IMG/VR virus record: IMGVR_UViG_3300031758_000022
Span: 1 to 64,000 of that record
Reading direction: 5' to 3' (one strand)
DNA length: 64,000 nucleotides
DNA from: a virus
Under the pieces are notes generated by a model, which had not been told where the DNA came from, did not search any database, and saw nothing but the letters and a program-made list of their open reading frames with translations. Position 1 is the first letter of the stretch, and each line of letters opens with the position of its first letter. Of the stretch, positions 29,101-38,270 are shown piece by piece. Both the position numbers and the translations under genes were made by a program.

Positions 29101-32100
29101 GCCTCTGAATGATAATATTGAAGCATACTATGAGAGAATAAGAACAAAGCTTAAAGCTAAAAATGCTCCTCAGTCTTTAATTGATAGATATGAAGAAGAG
29201 TACAATGAAGTAAGACTTACACCAGAAACTGTAAAGAAACTAATTGAAGGTGAACTTGGAGATGCACATGCTCTTAATAGTTTCTTAGAAGGTTATATGT
29301 ATAACCAAGATCCAGTAGTATTTGGATTTGCTTCTTATGTTAAAGATAGATATTCAGAAATGTATGCTGAAATACAAAGTAGCTTTAACAATTTCATTGA
29401 CTCTATTGATGGCTTAGCAAGTGCTGCTGGTTATAAAACAGCTTATCAAAGAATGACTATGGGTAAAGACCTATGGTTTCTAGATGCTGTATCTACTAAT
29501 AAAGAAGATAGTAAACCAAAGCTTGTATGGAAGTTCTTAACTCCATTCAGAAACTACCAAAAAGATTATAGAGATCTTAAAGATAGATTATCTGCAGCGC
29601 ATGATAAAGTAAATGAAAATAACTCTAATGATAATAACAAAGAGCTTATCAATGCTATCACTGATCTAGCAGCATTTGAAAAGAAATATATGAATCGTAG
29701 GTATACAGATGAATACTACGAATTGTATAATATGTTTAATGATGAGATTGGTAAAACGGCTTTCTTAGAAAGAGAAAAAATTATAGGTGAATTAAGGGCC
29801 TATAACGGAGAGATTACTGATCCGGAGGAGCTTCTTAATAATATTACTCTAAGTAGAGAAAAGCTTAAAGAACTTAAGCAATTGTCTTCTTTTACATATT
29901 CTGATGGTACACCAAAACCTATAGACTCAGATGATTATGCTGTTGCTAAAAGATTGCAGGAGTATAATAAACTAAGTAAAAAGTTCCATGAATGGAAGCC
30001 TAGAGAAGGCGCATTTGAAAGTGCATATCTTCATTTTGAAGATCTTGTTGCTACTAAGTATGGTAGAGGTAGTGAAGAGTATGATACAAGTATGGAAGAA
30101 TGGATAGAGAAAAATACTGTCCGTAAAACTTCTCAAAGATATTTTGATGATAGAAATAGAATCTTTACACAATTATCTGCTCTATCATCTAATGATGCTG
30201 TTCTAGAAGAAATTAATGAGCTTAGAGAAGAGTTGAACTCTTACATTGCTCCTTATAAGGATCAGAACTATATTCCTATTGGTTCAGATATACCTCCAGC
30301 AGTTGTAAAAAGAATTAAAGAGATTGAAGAAGAACTTAAAGAATTAAGAAAGAGTTCTTCTACAGCTCCAAAAGGAATGACTAAAGCTGAGTATGGTGTT
30401 TATAAACTATACAATGAAACTCTTGATGCCTATAAAATAGGCGCTGGAGCAGCACCTTCTGCTGACTTAACTCTACAGTATGAAGTTATAATAGAGAGAC
30501 TTGCTCAATCTAAACTAAGTCAAGAGGATATTGATAAATCACTAGAAATATCTCAGCTGTACTATGAGCTAGATCTTATTACTAAGAAGAGTGTAAGTCA
30601 AAACTATCTAGATACCTTGAATAGCTTTATTCAAAGTACCCCTAAGATGCTAGATTACATTCAAAAGAATTTGAATATTAGTGAGTTTAGTGAGTCAGAT
30701 GTTAATGATCTTCTTCTAAGAGAGCCTGATATGATTAATATGGCTGTCTTATTCAAAATGAATCCTGACTTTGCTGACTGGATATTAAAAAACCACAGCA
30801 CCTATACAAATCAGGCTGGGCTTAATACTTATTCACCTTTGTCTATATGGACATATAGCAGGCCTGCAAGTAGTGATTACTATGAGCAGACAATTATTTT
30901 TGATAATGAAGGTAATGAAATCAAAAGAATTGATGGAGTACCTACAGCTGAGTATACTTACAGAACTGTAAAAGACTTCTATGTTGATGATGCTGGTAAT
31001 GAAGTTAAACTTAAGACAGAAAGAAAAACCATTCTAGACTGTTTTAATGAAGGACTCTCTATTGAAAACGCTACTGTTGATATGCTAGGTAATTTCTTAC
31101 CTAAGATTAATAATACAGATAGGACTTACATCAATGAAGATTACTTTAACTTAGAGAAAAATGATCCTGCTAAGTTTAAGCTTTTAAATAAACTTATCCA
31201 AGAGCATCTAAACTTCCAAACAAAACTTCCATATGATAGCCGCCTAGACTTAGAGGCACCTAGATATGGCCAAGAAGACTATGAGATCTTTACTACTACT
31301 AGACAAAATCCTTTAAGTGTTTGGGCTGGTAAGGTAAAAAGATTCTTCTCTACTGCAGCGGATGACCTGGAAGAGGGATTGAACCCTACCTATATGAATG
31401 CATCTAATACTACAGACTTACTAAATGATGCTTATGCTAAGGTTCCTATTACTGGTAAGTATGATTTGCCTAGTGAACAAGTATCTATGGATGTCTTGAG
31501 AGGTATGACTAGATATATGCAATCTGGTATTAAACAAAAAACTCTTATAGATATGCTTCCTACAGCTCAGGCATTAAGAAGTATATTACAAGATCCTGGT
31601 AGAAATGAGGAAGCACTTAAGAGAAAACTAAAAGGTTTTACAGCAGTTGTTAACTTGTCAACCGGATATCTGTATCCTAAAAATTCTCAGCAAATGAGCA
31701 TAAGAGCTAAGGCTATTAATGCTTTTATTGAAAGAGAGTTTGAAGGAAAAACCCAAACAGGTTTTACAAAGAACATGGGAGGTCTTAATAAGTTTGTTAA
31801 TGGTATTTTTGGATTATCCTCTACATCATTCTTTGCCTTTAACTTACCATCTACCCTTAAAAATACATTTGGTTTTAAACACCAAGCTATGATTCAGGCC
31901 GCTGGAGGTAAGTATTTTACAGTAGGTGATTATTTGAAAGGAAGTATGTGGGCAAATGCTACATCATTTGAGATAAGTATGCAGCTTTATAAAACTACTT
32001 CTAGATCTTTGAATGTTCAGTTAGTTGAGATGATGGATCCACTACAAGGTAGATTGATGAAAAAAATCACTCAAGGTGTAGGAACCACTAGATCTTTATT

Positions 32101-33160
32101 TAAGGACACTGCTACTCTTGGTTTTTCAACCAATGTAAGACAATGGACTGAACTAAATGATTCCTTAAGTATTTTTGGAGCAATGCTTACCAAAACATTG
32201 GTTGAACAAACAATGCCTGATGGAACTGTAAATAAAATAAAATACAGTGATGCTTGGGAAGTTGTTGATGGTAAAGTACAATTAAAAGAAGGTGTTGATG
32301 CAGAATGGGCTCCTACAGGAGCAAAGTATAAAAACTTTATAAAGACAGTGCATGGCTTGATTAATAATATAGCCGGTGCTTATTCTCAGTTTGAAAGTCC
32401 AGAAGCAGGTAGATACCTACTATTCAGAGTAATTGCTAATATGAAAACATACTTTACAAGGATGTTTATGGATAGATGGCAATACAGATATAGAAATGGT
32501 AAATTTTTACCAAGATATGATGCTAATCTAAATGATGTGAGCAAAGGTTTCTATATTGACTTTTTGCAGACAATGGCTATGATGTTTAAAACAAGAGGTA
32601 AATCTCTAGCTTATATGACACCTGACCAAATTGTATCACTAAAGAAAGTCAGCATGGATACAATAATGCTTGTTGTATTACAGGAAATACTTGTAAAACT
32701 ATTCTTTGGCTTTGATCCGGATGATGAAGACAGGTTTGAAAAATTGAGAAAGAAAAGTGGACCTCTTCCAACACCTTTCACATCTGATTCTGAGGACCCA
32801 TTTCATATGGATGGTTGGATTTCAAATCACTTGCTTAACCTTGCTATGCAAACAAGAGCAGAGAATGAAGCTTGGATTCCTTGGCCAGGTATGGGTCTAG
32901 ATGATTATCTAGGTCTTATCAAAATGGAAAGTATCAGTGTTAAGAGTACAATGGATTACTATCAAAACATATTTACTTATTTGATAGACTATGCTACTGA
33001 TGATCCTTCAGGACGCTATAAAAGAGATGTTGGTCCTTATAATTGGCAACAAGAAGAGTCTTCTAAAATTGTAAACCAATTAATGAAAGTAATGAGTATA
33101 TCCGGTACAACTGTTGAACCTATAATATTAGTGCGTAACCTTCAAAAACGTGATAAATAA
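26102..33160 (+). CDS. Giant putative ejected virion protein (2352 aa) with nucleotidyltransferase-like and zincin domains
   Basis: LSGS...DLHDIDGV...LDFF...AKIAMGRSKDISDL (Pol-beta-type NTase pattern); HEFAH...EEV zincin at 28079; third gene of the crAss-like giant trio. Confidence 0.75.
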   Translation: MNSCPNRISPEWKALSEAVGEFEAMRDFMEYGDIRTPKEVQQKISKSKTENSKPIPFNKQLDDLLLDFVKGLKINVVEQPEEIVTTLRSLTGSPLAAFDVLQKYLAIKEDRNLETVPEVVAYIAYTFLGQKSKLGKDLWYNISSWDKYDYYYNKFAPFKRLGEPSFTMDDEVIESEDLFKNRNNWAHRQVIVEFIKQGLVGNFQKDISPEVTFDNPDLDAKFFAKKGFKNPYVEGKLLSIWNKLYNWIREHILGVKKFDTYNQEKLNNLLLDIVDNVYKKDYSKFIRGVYEKDGKLFKADGTELELKDYDKTLEKDQFAKSLILRLVENPYVNFKLSGSQVIRKYGNLWRDVNEDLHDIDGVITLETFRKEQNAKKFYEWITTRGLELKNAERRKQFTKEIIPFLEEQAWYRNVQDMFPSWTLGATFIGKDHKKGESVTISGYIEHPTETVLVKNADGTGASMFFKPSDNGKILPKRYVLDFFLRTAEGNYPEIFDNYWKDWKQIFEAKIAMGRSKDISDLIYFDPFINDKYKFTSKGYRYFSFSETQSKIESSDINSEEANVAFFKELGNYNNKYTALTEPLLVNEETNKKDRGNEIANKLAALLANNIEGLSVEMVTEEQAAQIIQDAGIPYKNEAAFYVGDKVYFIADRMTTEIVFHEFAHPIVRSIALSNNTLFNNLYNQVASTPEGRELINAVKRTYPELKEGSDRFKEEVIVFAISKAANLKYNNKAKSTGFAKFIKDLLFAVKQMFRRLLKGQKISIEKLDVDTTLDQLAEMLNSEKFKINTEVLNQEDVIAFARDIKQQVMDDLLTLEQSDMNKITREFSKTFLRQRKIMEATKYTEVKQLFENKLKKSDLSEVLSYLREYNISGEVSFKTDEEEIEYLTNHALALYNSLEKLNNMGKKAVGQLRKIATEEIDDKQALLRASNLNKFIVDWLSFLDYIQQVADSEVYRDNLTPDNALFSLISEARNNLQRGKRYTDDIYSEGVADLINTQLKPLNDNIEAYYERIRTKLKAKNAPQSLIDRYEEEYNEVRLTPETVKKLIEGELGDAHALNSFLEGYMYNQDPVVFGFASYVKDRYSEMYAEIQSSFNNFIDSIDGLASAAGYKTAYQRMTMGKDLWFLDAVSTNKEDSKPKLVWKFLTPFRNYQKDYRDLKDRLSAAHDKVNENNSNDNNKELINAITDLAAFEKKYMNRRYTDEYYELYNMFNDEIGKTAFLEREKIIGELRAYNGEITDPEELLNNITLSREKLKELKQLSSFTYSDGTPKPIDSDDYAVAKRLQEYNKLSKKFHEWKPREGAFESAYLHFEDLVATKYGRGSEEYDTSMEEWIEKNTVRKTSQRYFDDRNRIFTQLSALSSNDAVLEEINELREELNSYIAPYKDQNYIPIGSDIPPAVVKRIKEIEEELKELRKSSSTAPKGMTKAEYGVYKLYNETLDAYKIGAGAAPSADLTLQYEVIIERLAQSKLSQEDIDKSLEISQLYYELDLITKKSVSQNYLDTLNSFIQSTPKMLDYIQKNLNISEFSESDVNDLLLREPDMINMAVLFKMNPDFADWILKNHSTYTNQAGLNTYSPLSIWTYSRPASSDYYEQTIIFDNEGNEIKRIDGVPTAEYTYRTVKDFYVDDAGNEVKLKTERKTILDCFNEGLSIENATVDMLGNFLPKINNTDRTYINEDYFNLEKNDPAKFKLLNKLIQEHLNFQTKLPYDSRLDLEAPRYGQEDYEIFTTTRQNPLSVWAGKVKRFFSTAADDLEEGLNPTYMNASNTTDLLNDAYAKVPITGKYDLPSEQVSMDVLRGMTRYMQSGIKQKTLIDMLPTAQALRSILQDPGRNEEALKRKLKGFTAVVNLSTGYLYPKNSQQMSIRAKAINAFIEREFEGKTQTGFTKNMGGLNKFVNGIFGLSSTSFFAFNLPSTLKNTFGFKHQAMIQAAGGKYFTVGDYLKGSMWANATSFEISMQLYKTTSRSLNVQLVEMMDPLQGRLMKKITQGVGTTRSLFKDTATLGFSTNVRQWTELNDSLSIFGAMLTKTLVEQTMPDGTVNKIKYSDAWEVVDGKVQLKEGVDAEWAPTGAKYKNFIKTVHGLINNIAGAYSQFESPEAGRYLLFRVIANMKTYFTRMFMDRWQYRYRNGKFLPRYDANLNDVSKGFYIDFLQTMAMMFKTRGKSLAYMTPDQIVSLKKVSMDTIMLVVLQEILVKLFFGFDPDDEDRFEKLRKKSGPLPTPFTSDSEDPFHMDGWISNHLLNLAMQTRAENEAWIPWPGMGLDDYLGLIKMESISVKSTMDYYQNIFTYLIDYATDDPSGRYKRDVGPYNWQQEESSKIVNQLMKVMSISGTTVEPIILVRNLQKRDK

Positions 33161-33300
33161 TGGCTAAAGTCCAAACTTCAAAAAACAATTATGCTCCTGA
33201 CAACTTTAAGAAAAGCCGTCCTGGAGTTCACGCTAAAACCAAATTTAGCAAATTGAAATCTAGTAAGTTTTACAAAAAGCTAAATAGAGGACAAGGATAA
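33160..33300 (+). CDS. Small basic protein (46 aa, MAKVQTSKNNYAPDNFKKSRPGVHAKTKFSKLKSSKFYKKLNRGQG); not in ORF track
   Basis: ATG overlaps the upstream stop (TAATG); ends just before the terminator; Lys-rich. Confidence 0.75.
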   Translation: MAKVQTSKNNYAPDNFKKSRPGVHAKTKFSKLKSSKFYKKLNRGQG

Positions 33301-33302
33301 AA

Positions 33303-33334
33303 AGAAAAACCCCGGCATTACACCGGGGTTTTCT
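33303..33334. terminator. Bidirectional intrinsic terminator between the convergent genome arms
   Basis: AGAAAAACCCCGG-CATTACA-CCGGGGTTTTCT hairpin with A/T tracts. Confidence 0.85.
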
Positions 33335-33377
33335 CTTCCCTTTAGTTTATCAAAGAGTCTTGAGTGTGGGATACAGA

Positions 33378-33785
33378 CTACTTATCTGATATATTTCTTT
33401 CTACTTTATTGATGACTTTTGTAAGTCTAGGTTTAAAGTAAGAAGGACCTTTGAGAATTTTGCCATCTTCTCTGTAAATAGGTTTGCCATCAGCTCCTAG
33501 TTTGCTCATGTTGCTTCTGTGGATTTCAGTAAACACAGATTCCATGTACGCTTGAAAGCCATGTTCTACCATTGTACCACACAGAATATAAAGCATGTCT
33601 CCTAAGGCATCAGCAACACCGACAACATCTTTATCAAGACATGCCTTTAGGTATTCTTGATTCTCTTCTGCTAAAAGATCACTTCTTAAGTGATATCTTT
33701 CTTCTGGAATAAGAGTTAACTCTTCTGAAATGGGAGCATCAAAAGCTTCATGAAACTCTTTTACTTGTCTTAATTGTTTATTCAT
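33378..33785 (-). CDS. MazG-like NTP pyrophosphohydrolase (DR2231/dUTPase-like)
   Basis: LLAEE...DALGDMLY...EIHRSNMSKLGADGKPIYREDGKILKGP signature. Confidence 0.85.
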   Translation of the reverse strand: MNKQLRQVKEFHEAFDAPISEELTLIPEERYHLRSDLLAEENQEYLKACLDKDVVGVADALGDMLYILCGTMVEHGFQAYMESVFTEIHRSNMSKLGADGKPIYREDGKILKGPSYFKPRLTKVINKVERNISDK

Positions 33786-34176
33786 TCTGGTCTGTAAAGA
33801 TGATTTTGTCATAGGTAGTTGTTGTATTTGTACCTGTTGGTATTTCTTTATAATTAATGTCCTCTTGGAACATACCCTCTAAAAGAATGAGATAGTTAAT
33901 AGTATCGCCTATCTTCTCTTCTACAAGAGCTTTAGAAGGAACTGTACCAAATTGTTGGCGGTCATCTATCATGTCCTTAATAGATTGCAAATGCTTACAC
34001 ATAAATTCCCAAGCAACTCCCTGAGGAGTTTTATGGAAACTTAATTTAGAAGCTTGTTCAAAAGTATGGAAAGCTGACTTATCAGCTCCATACTCTGTAC
34101 CCTTTGCTGACAGAACTTTTCTAATAAGTTCTAACCTAGGCTCTACTACAGTAGTTGTAAATTCTTTGCTTGTCAT
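33778..34176 (-). CDS. DUF1599-like (nucleotide-modification-associated) helical protein
   Basis: KGTEYG...F...EKIGDTINYLILL pattern; adjacent to the NTP-PPase and PolB. Confidence 0.55.
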   Translation of the reverse strand: MTSKEFTTTVVEPRLELIRKVLSAKGTEYGADKSAFHTFEQASKLSFHKTPQGVAWEFMCKHLQSIKDMIDDRQQFGTVPSKALVEEKIGDTINYLILLEGMFQEDINYKEIPTGTNTTTTYDKIIFTDQNE

Positions 34177-34179
34177 GTT

Positions 34180-36183
34180 TTAAAACATTGAAAGTTGTAC
34201 ATTCTTTTTGTCTCCTTCTATCTTAATAATTTCTTTGTAGATCTTATTGATATAGTAAGCTTCATTAACATTGTATTCTGGCCATTTCTTTTGTTCAGCT
34301 ATGTTATAAACAGTTTGTTTAACAGCACCGGCTTCTACTTGAAAGGTTCTATGATCTACTTTATTGTGTTTATATATCTTACAGCCTTCATCTGAAATAT
34401 AAGCCCTAACAATTTTATGCAATGGCTTATTTATGACATTTCCATCAGCAAAGCAGGATGATGAGAAGTACCAATCTCCTTTAGCCTTAAGACCTGAACA
34501 GTAATCATATATATTACGATTCATGCTCAAATACTTTTCAGGGATAGTATTATAAACAAAATAGTTATAGATAGCTTTTGGTACAATAGCATAAGACTTG
34601 TTTTTGTGCAGTGCTAAATTTGAGAACTCAAATCTACCTTTGCACTTAGTAGCCTTATAAAAGTATTCACCATTTTCTTCATAGAATACATAGTCAGGAT
34701 TATCTTTTTTAATGTCTGACCATTGCTCATAAGAGACCTTCTTTGCTTTATTTACAGCAATATAGTTATTAACATCAGCTATAACTATCTTAGAGTATTC
34801 ATCATGCTCTAATTGAAGTTTTGTCATATCCTCCCACCTCTTACAAATCTCAAAGTATTTGTCTTTGTACTTTGCAGGAATCATTGTTTCAAGACCGTCT
34901 GTGTTTTGCATTAAAGGAATTGATCCTGGAATCTCCATACATATCATTTCATAAAGCATAGCCAAGCTTAGCTGGCCATTAATAGTAATACGCATAGTAA
35001 ACTCTGGATCATACAGAAAACTATTTTCATCATTGCTCAAACCATAGGTACTATTGAGAATGATCTTATAAACATAGTTTCTTGGATCTTTTTTAGGGAT
35101 TACTTTTCTTTCATCAAAGAACCATTCATACTGTTCACAAAAAGCTTCTTTAGGAATATGAGCCGGTGACCACTTGTTTCTAATAGCCAGATTAGGATAG
35201 AAACTTGTTACATCAGAGGTAATAATAAGCATCTCTTCATTAGATTCATATACTCCGGCATCTCTAGCACCGTGTACACCACCTAAACCAAAATCTGTTC
35301 TTACACCTTTGAAGTTAACAGAGTAGCTAAATCCTCCCTTTGTATTAGTAGGATCTATTACTAGATTTTTAAATGCTTCATGAATCTTTTGAAACGGCTT
35401 TGTCTCAAACTTTACATAAGGCAGGATAATCTCATTGACTCTAATCTCACTTCTTCTTGTTCTTAGTTGCTTAAGGTCATACTTCTTTACTTTTAGTTTT
35501 TCACTAAGAAAGTGTAGAAATAACTCCTTAGCTATTCTTGGCTCAGAAGCACTGTATAGATTAATATTATATTGCTTAGTAAGACTCTGCCGAAGATTAA
35601 TCTGACTTTTACTCAGATGCATAATGTTCTTGGTAGCCTTTACGTCATTAATACAATAGGAGATAATCTCATTAATCTGTTCCATTGTGGTTATAAATGT
35701 ACTATGGTGTATAGGCATCTCTTGGATGTTATACCAGTCCATACTAAACTCAATCCACTTAAGACTAGATCTTTTTGCAGGATTATCCCAGTGATTCAAT
35801 TTAAAGACATCTATTTGCTCAATAGATAAATCTCTTGGAGAAAACAAAGCAAATTCCCCAGCTTGACTCCTTTCAATTGTTTGTTGAGCTATGTTATACA
35901 GCTCATTTGCAACAAATTCCGGGTCACCATCAACTAAACCGTCCTGTACTTTTAGTATATACTCAGTTATCTGAGAGTCAAAAGCCAAACCGTTGAAGCT
36001 GATATGCCATTCATTGTTTTCTTTGTTTTCATTTAAGAACTTTATTAGTTCTACAGTGTCATTGCGGAGTTTATGTATTACAAAGACTTTTATTTCTTCT
36101 GTCTTATAGTGCTCAAAGCATGCTACAAAGCAGTTGATTAAAGTCTCATAGTCCATCACCCAGTGTGATTTTTTCATATGCAT
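34180..36183 (-). CDS. Family B DNA polymerase with 3'-5' exonuclease
   Basis: ExoI DYET, ExoII FNGLAFD, ExoIII YCINDV; Pol motifs DVTSFYPN, KIILNSTYG, NTDG. Confidence 0.93.
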   Translation of the reverse strand: MHMKKSHWVMDYETLINCFVACFEHYKTEEIKVFVIHKLRNDTVELIKFLNENKENNEWHISFNGLAFDSQITEYILKVQDGLVDGDPEFVANELYNIAQQTIERSQAGEFALFSPRDLSIEQIDVFKLNHWDNPAKRSSLKWIEFSMDWYNIQEMPIHHSTFITTMEQINEIISYCINDVKATKNIMHLSKSQINLRQSLTKQYNINLYSASEPRIAKELFLHFLSEKLKVKKYDLKQLRTRRSEIRVNEIILPYVKFETKPFQKIHEAFKNLVIDPTNTKGGFSYSVNFKGVRTDFGLGGVHGARDAGVYESNEEMLIITSDVTSFYPNLAIRNKWSPAHIPKEAFCEQYEWFFDERKVIPKKDPRNYVYKIILNSTYGLSNDENSFLYDPEFTMRITINGQLSLAMLYEMICMEIPGSIPLMQNTDGLETMIPAKYKDKYFEICKRWEDMTKLQLEHDEYSKIVIADVNNYIAVNKAKKVSYEQWSDIKKDNPDYVFYEENGEYFYKATKCKGRFEFSNLALHKNKSYAIVPKAIYNYFVYNTIPEKYLSMNRNIYDYCSGLKAKGDWYFSSSCFADGNVINKPLHKIVRAYISDEGCKIYKHNKVDHRTFQVEAGAVKQTVYNIAEQKKWPEYNVNEAYYINKIYKEIIKIEGDKKNVQLSMF

Positions 36184-36217
36184 CAATATTTTAAGTAGCT
36201 GATTACTCTTATAAAAA

Positions 36218-36252
36218 TAAAAAGGGGAGAGAACGTTATCTCTCCCTTTTTT
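36218..36252. terminator. Intrinsic terminator
   Basis: AAAAGGGGAGAGA-ACGTTA-TCTCTCCCTTTTTT. Confidence 0.8.
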
Positions 36253-36281
36253 GCTGTACCGTAAAACTTAACTAACCGTTA

Positions 36282-36677
36282 TTAAGAAGCTGGAGTGCTA
36301 GGAGTACTCGTAGCATCCATACCTACTAAATACTTTTCAAAGTCAAATGTAGCGTTATTACTACCAAACATTTTAACAATTTGTCTGATATCATCCACAT
36401 TTGTAATATAGTATTCTTGAAAAGTTTCAAGAAGTTTTCTTTCCTCTTTATAAGGACTAGAACCTTCTGTGCGTATTTTTCTAGTTACTATATCACCATT
36501 GTCATCTATTTTGCGGACCATGTGAAAGCTTTGCTTTGTAGTTTTACCTATAATTGCAAGTACTTTGGAATCACGGTCATAGATACATTCTACAAAAGGA
36601 CAAGACAAATCAATAGGAATCATTTTGAATGTTTCCTGATTGTTCCAATCCGATTTAATTAAAAGCATATTACTCAT
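36282..36677 (-). CDS. Hypothetical protein
   Basis: 131-aa ORF in the replication operon. Confidence 0.7.
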   Translation of the reverse strand: MSNMLLIKSDWNNQETFKMIPIDLSCPFVECIYDRDSKVLAIIGKTTKQSFHMVRKIDDNGDIVTRKIRTEGSSPYKEERKLLETFQEYYITNVDDIRQIVKMFGSNNATFDFEKYLVGMDATSTPSTPAS

Positions 36678-36687
36678 ACTGTTGATT

Positions 36688-37254
36688 TTATTGTGGCAAA
36701 TCTACTACAAAACCTAGATCCTTAATAGAAACTGTTATTGTTTCTTTAGTAAAGTCTGGTTTATCACATAGTTCACCAACTGATTTTAATAATTTAGAGT
36801 TACACCCTAGAAGTTTTGCATAAGATTCAAAATAATCTTGTGGGTTTAAATAACTGTCAACATAAGCATAATTAGTTTTACTATTGAGATAATAAGTTAG
36901 AATTATGCTTTTTGCTTCTTTACTCAATTGAGAGTATTTACCATCAATCACTTTATCCCAATCACTTCTAAAGTCCTGTAAATCAAATATATATAATCCG
37001 ATATTATCAGGTGCTTCAAAAAATTCATGAAAAAATTGATTTCCTAGTAAGTGCCTCTTTTCAAAAACTTTATAGGCATTATCATCCCTAATATGATACT
37101 GACACACAAGTTTTGTATCCGAGTGGATACAATAACCTTCTAATGAAGTATAGGTGTTAATAGGACTAACACTGCTACCCTTAGGTACTAGTAAAAAAGG
37201 ATATAGAAATACCTTAGATTTTTGAAAATAGTCATTATACAATTTTTTAATCAT
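36688..37254 (-). CDS. Hypothetical protein
   Basis: 188-aa ORF, tightly packed. Confidence 0.7.
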   Translation of the reverse strand: MIKKLYNDYFQKSKVFLYPFLLVPKGSSVSPINTYTSLEGYCIHSDTKLVCQYHIRDDNAYKVFEKRHLLGNQFFHEFFEAPDNIGLYIFDLQDFRSDWDKVIDGKYSQLSKEAKSIILTYYLNSKTNYAYVDSYLNPQDYFESYAKLLGCNSKLLKSVGELCDKPDFTKETITVSIKDLGFVVDLPQ

Positions 37255-37268
37255 ACAAGGTCTACTTT

Positions 37269-38270
37269 TTAAAGTGTTACCTTGCCAGTTGCAAATTTGT
37301 ATGGCAAAGTATAGTCTCTTTTACTATAGTGGTGATTTGCCTGGACAAGGGTTGATTTTGCTTTTTCTGTCCATAGATCCATTGTTGCATCTGAAACAGT
37401 AAACACATAAGACTGCTTATATATGTCAATGACTATAAAATTAAATATAATTTTGTAGCCATCAATATAAAATGCATCTACTACTAGCATTTTGTATATA
37501 GCAGCTTGTAGCCAGTAGTTGTAATATTCTACACTTTCAGGAAAATCCGCAATTGTTTTACCAGAAGTTTTTAAGTCACTGATTGTGATTGTTTTATCTT
37601 CATGGTTTACAATAACACCATCAACTATACCTTTTAGACCAAAGTCTTCAAAGATTAATTTGTCAATAGTAAGTGGGTGTTCTCTGTATATATCTACTGC
37701 TGCGCTATTGAGACCAAGACCAAGACTAATTTCCACATCCGGGTTTTGCTTTAGAACCTCTACAGATTCCTTACACTTAGTATAGGTCTCAGTATCAATA
37801 ACGTCTTTTCCTTCCTTTTCTTTGAGGAAGCTATAGTAACTAATGGTTTGGTCAGTTACTATTTTGTCTACACGTTGTTCATCAGTTTTTAATGACTGAT
37901 GAAGATTTGCTTCTTTTAAAATATCTATGATAACACTATCAAGAGATTTTAATTCTGAATCAAGAAGCATGTTTTGCTTTGCGTGCTGAAAAACCTTGTC
38001 TATAACAGCCTTGGAATTTTCTGATGGTAAAGATAATGGAGAAACCATGAACTTCTCATTGAATTTTTCAGGCTCTAGTAATAAGCAATGTATTACTTTA
38101 CCTTCAATTAAGTGAGCGCCAAGCTTTTCCTCTCTTTGATTCAGCACATATTGTGAATAAAAAAGCTTAGGTGAGTATAATAACTTACTTAAGCTGCTAT
38201 AACTAAAGTGAAACTTTTTGGAATAAAAAGCTTCCTCAAGTGCTAATACGTTTATTTCATCAAAATTCAT
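37269..38270 (-). CDS. PD-(D/E)xK exonuclease (RecE/ExoVIII, DUF3799-like)
   Basis: SYSSLSKL, GKVIHCLLLEP, LKGIVD...SDLKT, YWLQAAIY. Confidence 0.85.
   Translation of the reverse strand: MNFDEINVLALEEAFYSKKFHFSYSSLSKLLYSPKLFYSQYVLNQREEKLGAHLIEGKVIHCLLLEPEKFNEKFMVSPLSLPSENSKAVIDKVFQHAKQNMLLDSELKSLDSVIIDILKEANLHQSLKTDEQRVDKIVTDQTISYYSFLKEKEGKDVIDTETYTKCKESVEVLKQNPDVEISLGLGLNSAAVDIYREHPLTIDKLIFEDFGLKGIVDGVIVNHEDKTITISDLKTSGKTIADFPESVEYYNYWLQAAIYKMLVVDAFYIDGYKIIFNFIVIDIYKQSYVFTVSDATMDLWTEKAKSTLVQANHHYSKRDYTLPYKFATGKVTL

Noticed and set aside
37269-38270. CRISPR-associated Cas4 or a CRISPR system
   Set aside because: No Fe-S cysteine cluster, and no other cas genes or array; better explained as a recombination exonuclease working with the Sak4-like ATPase.
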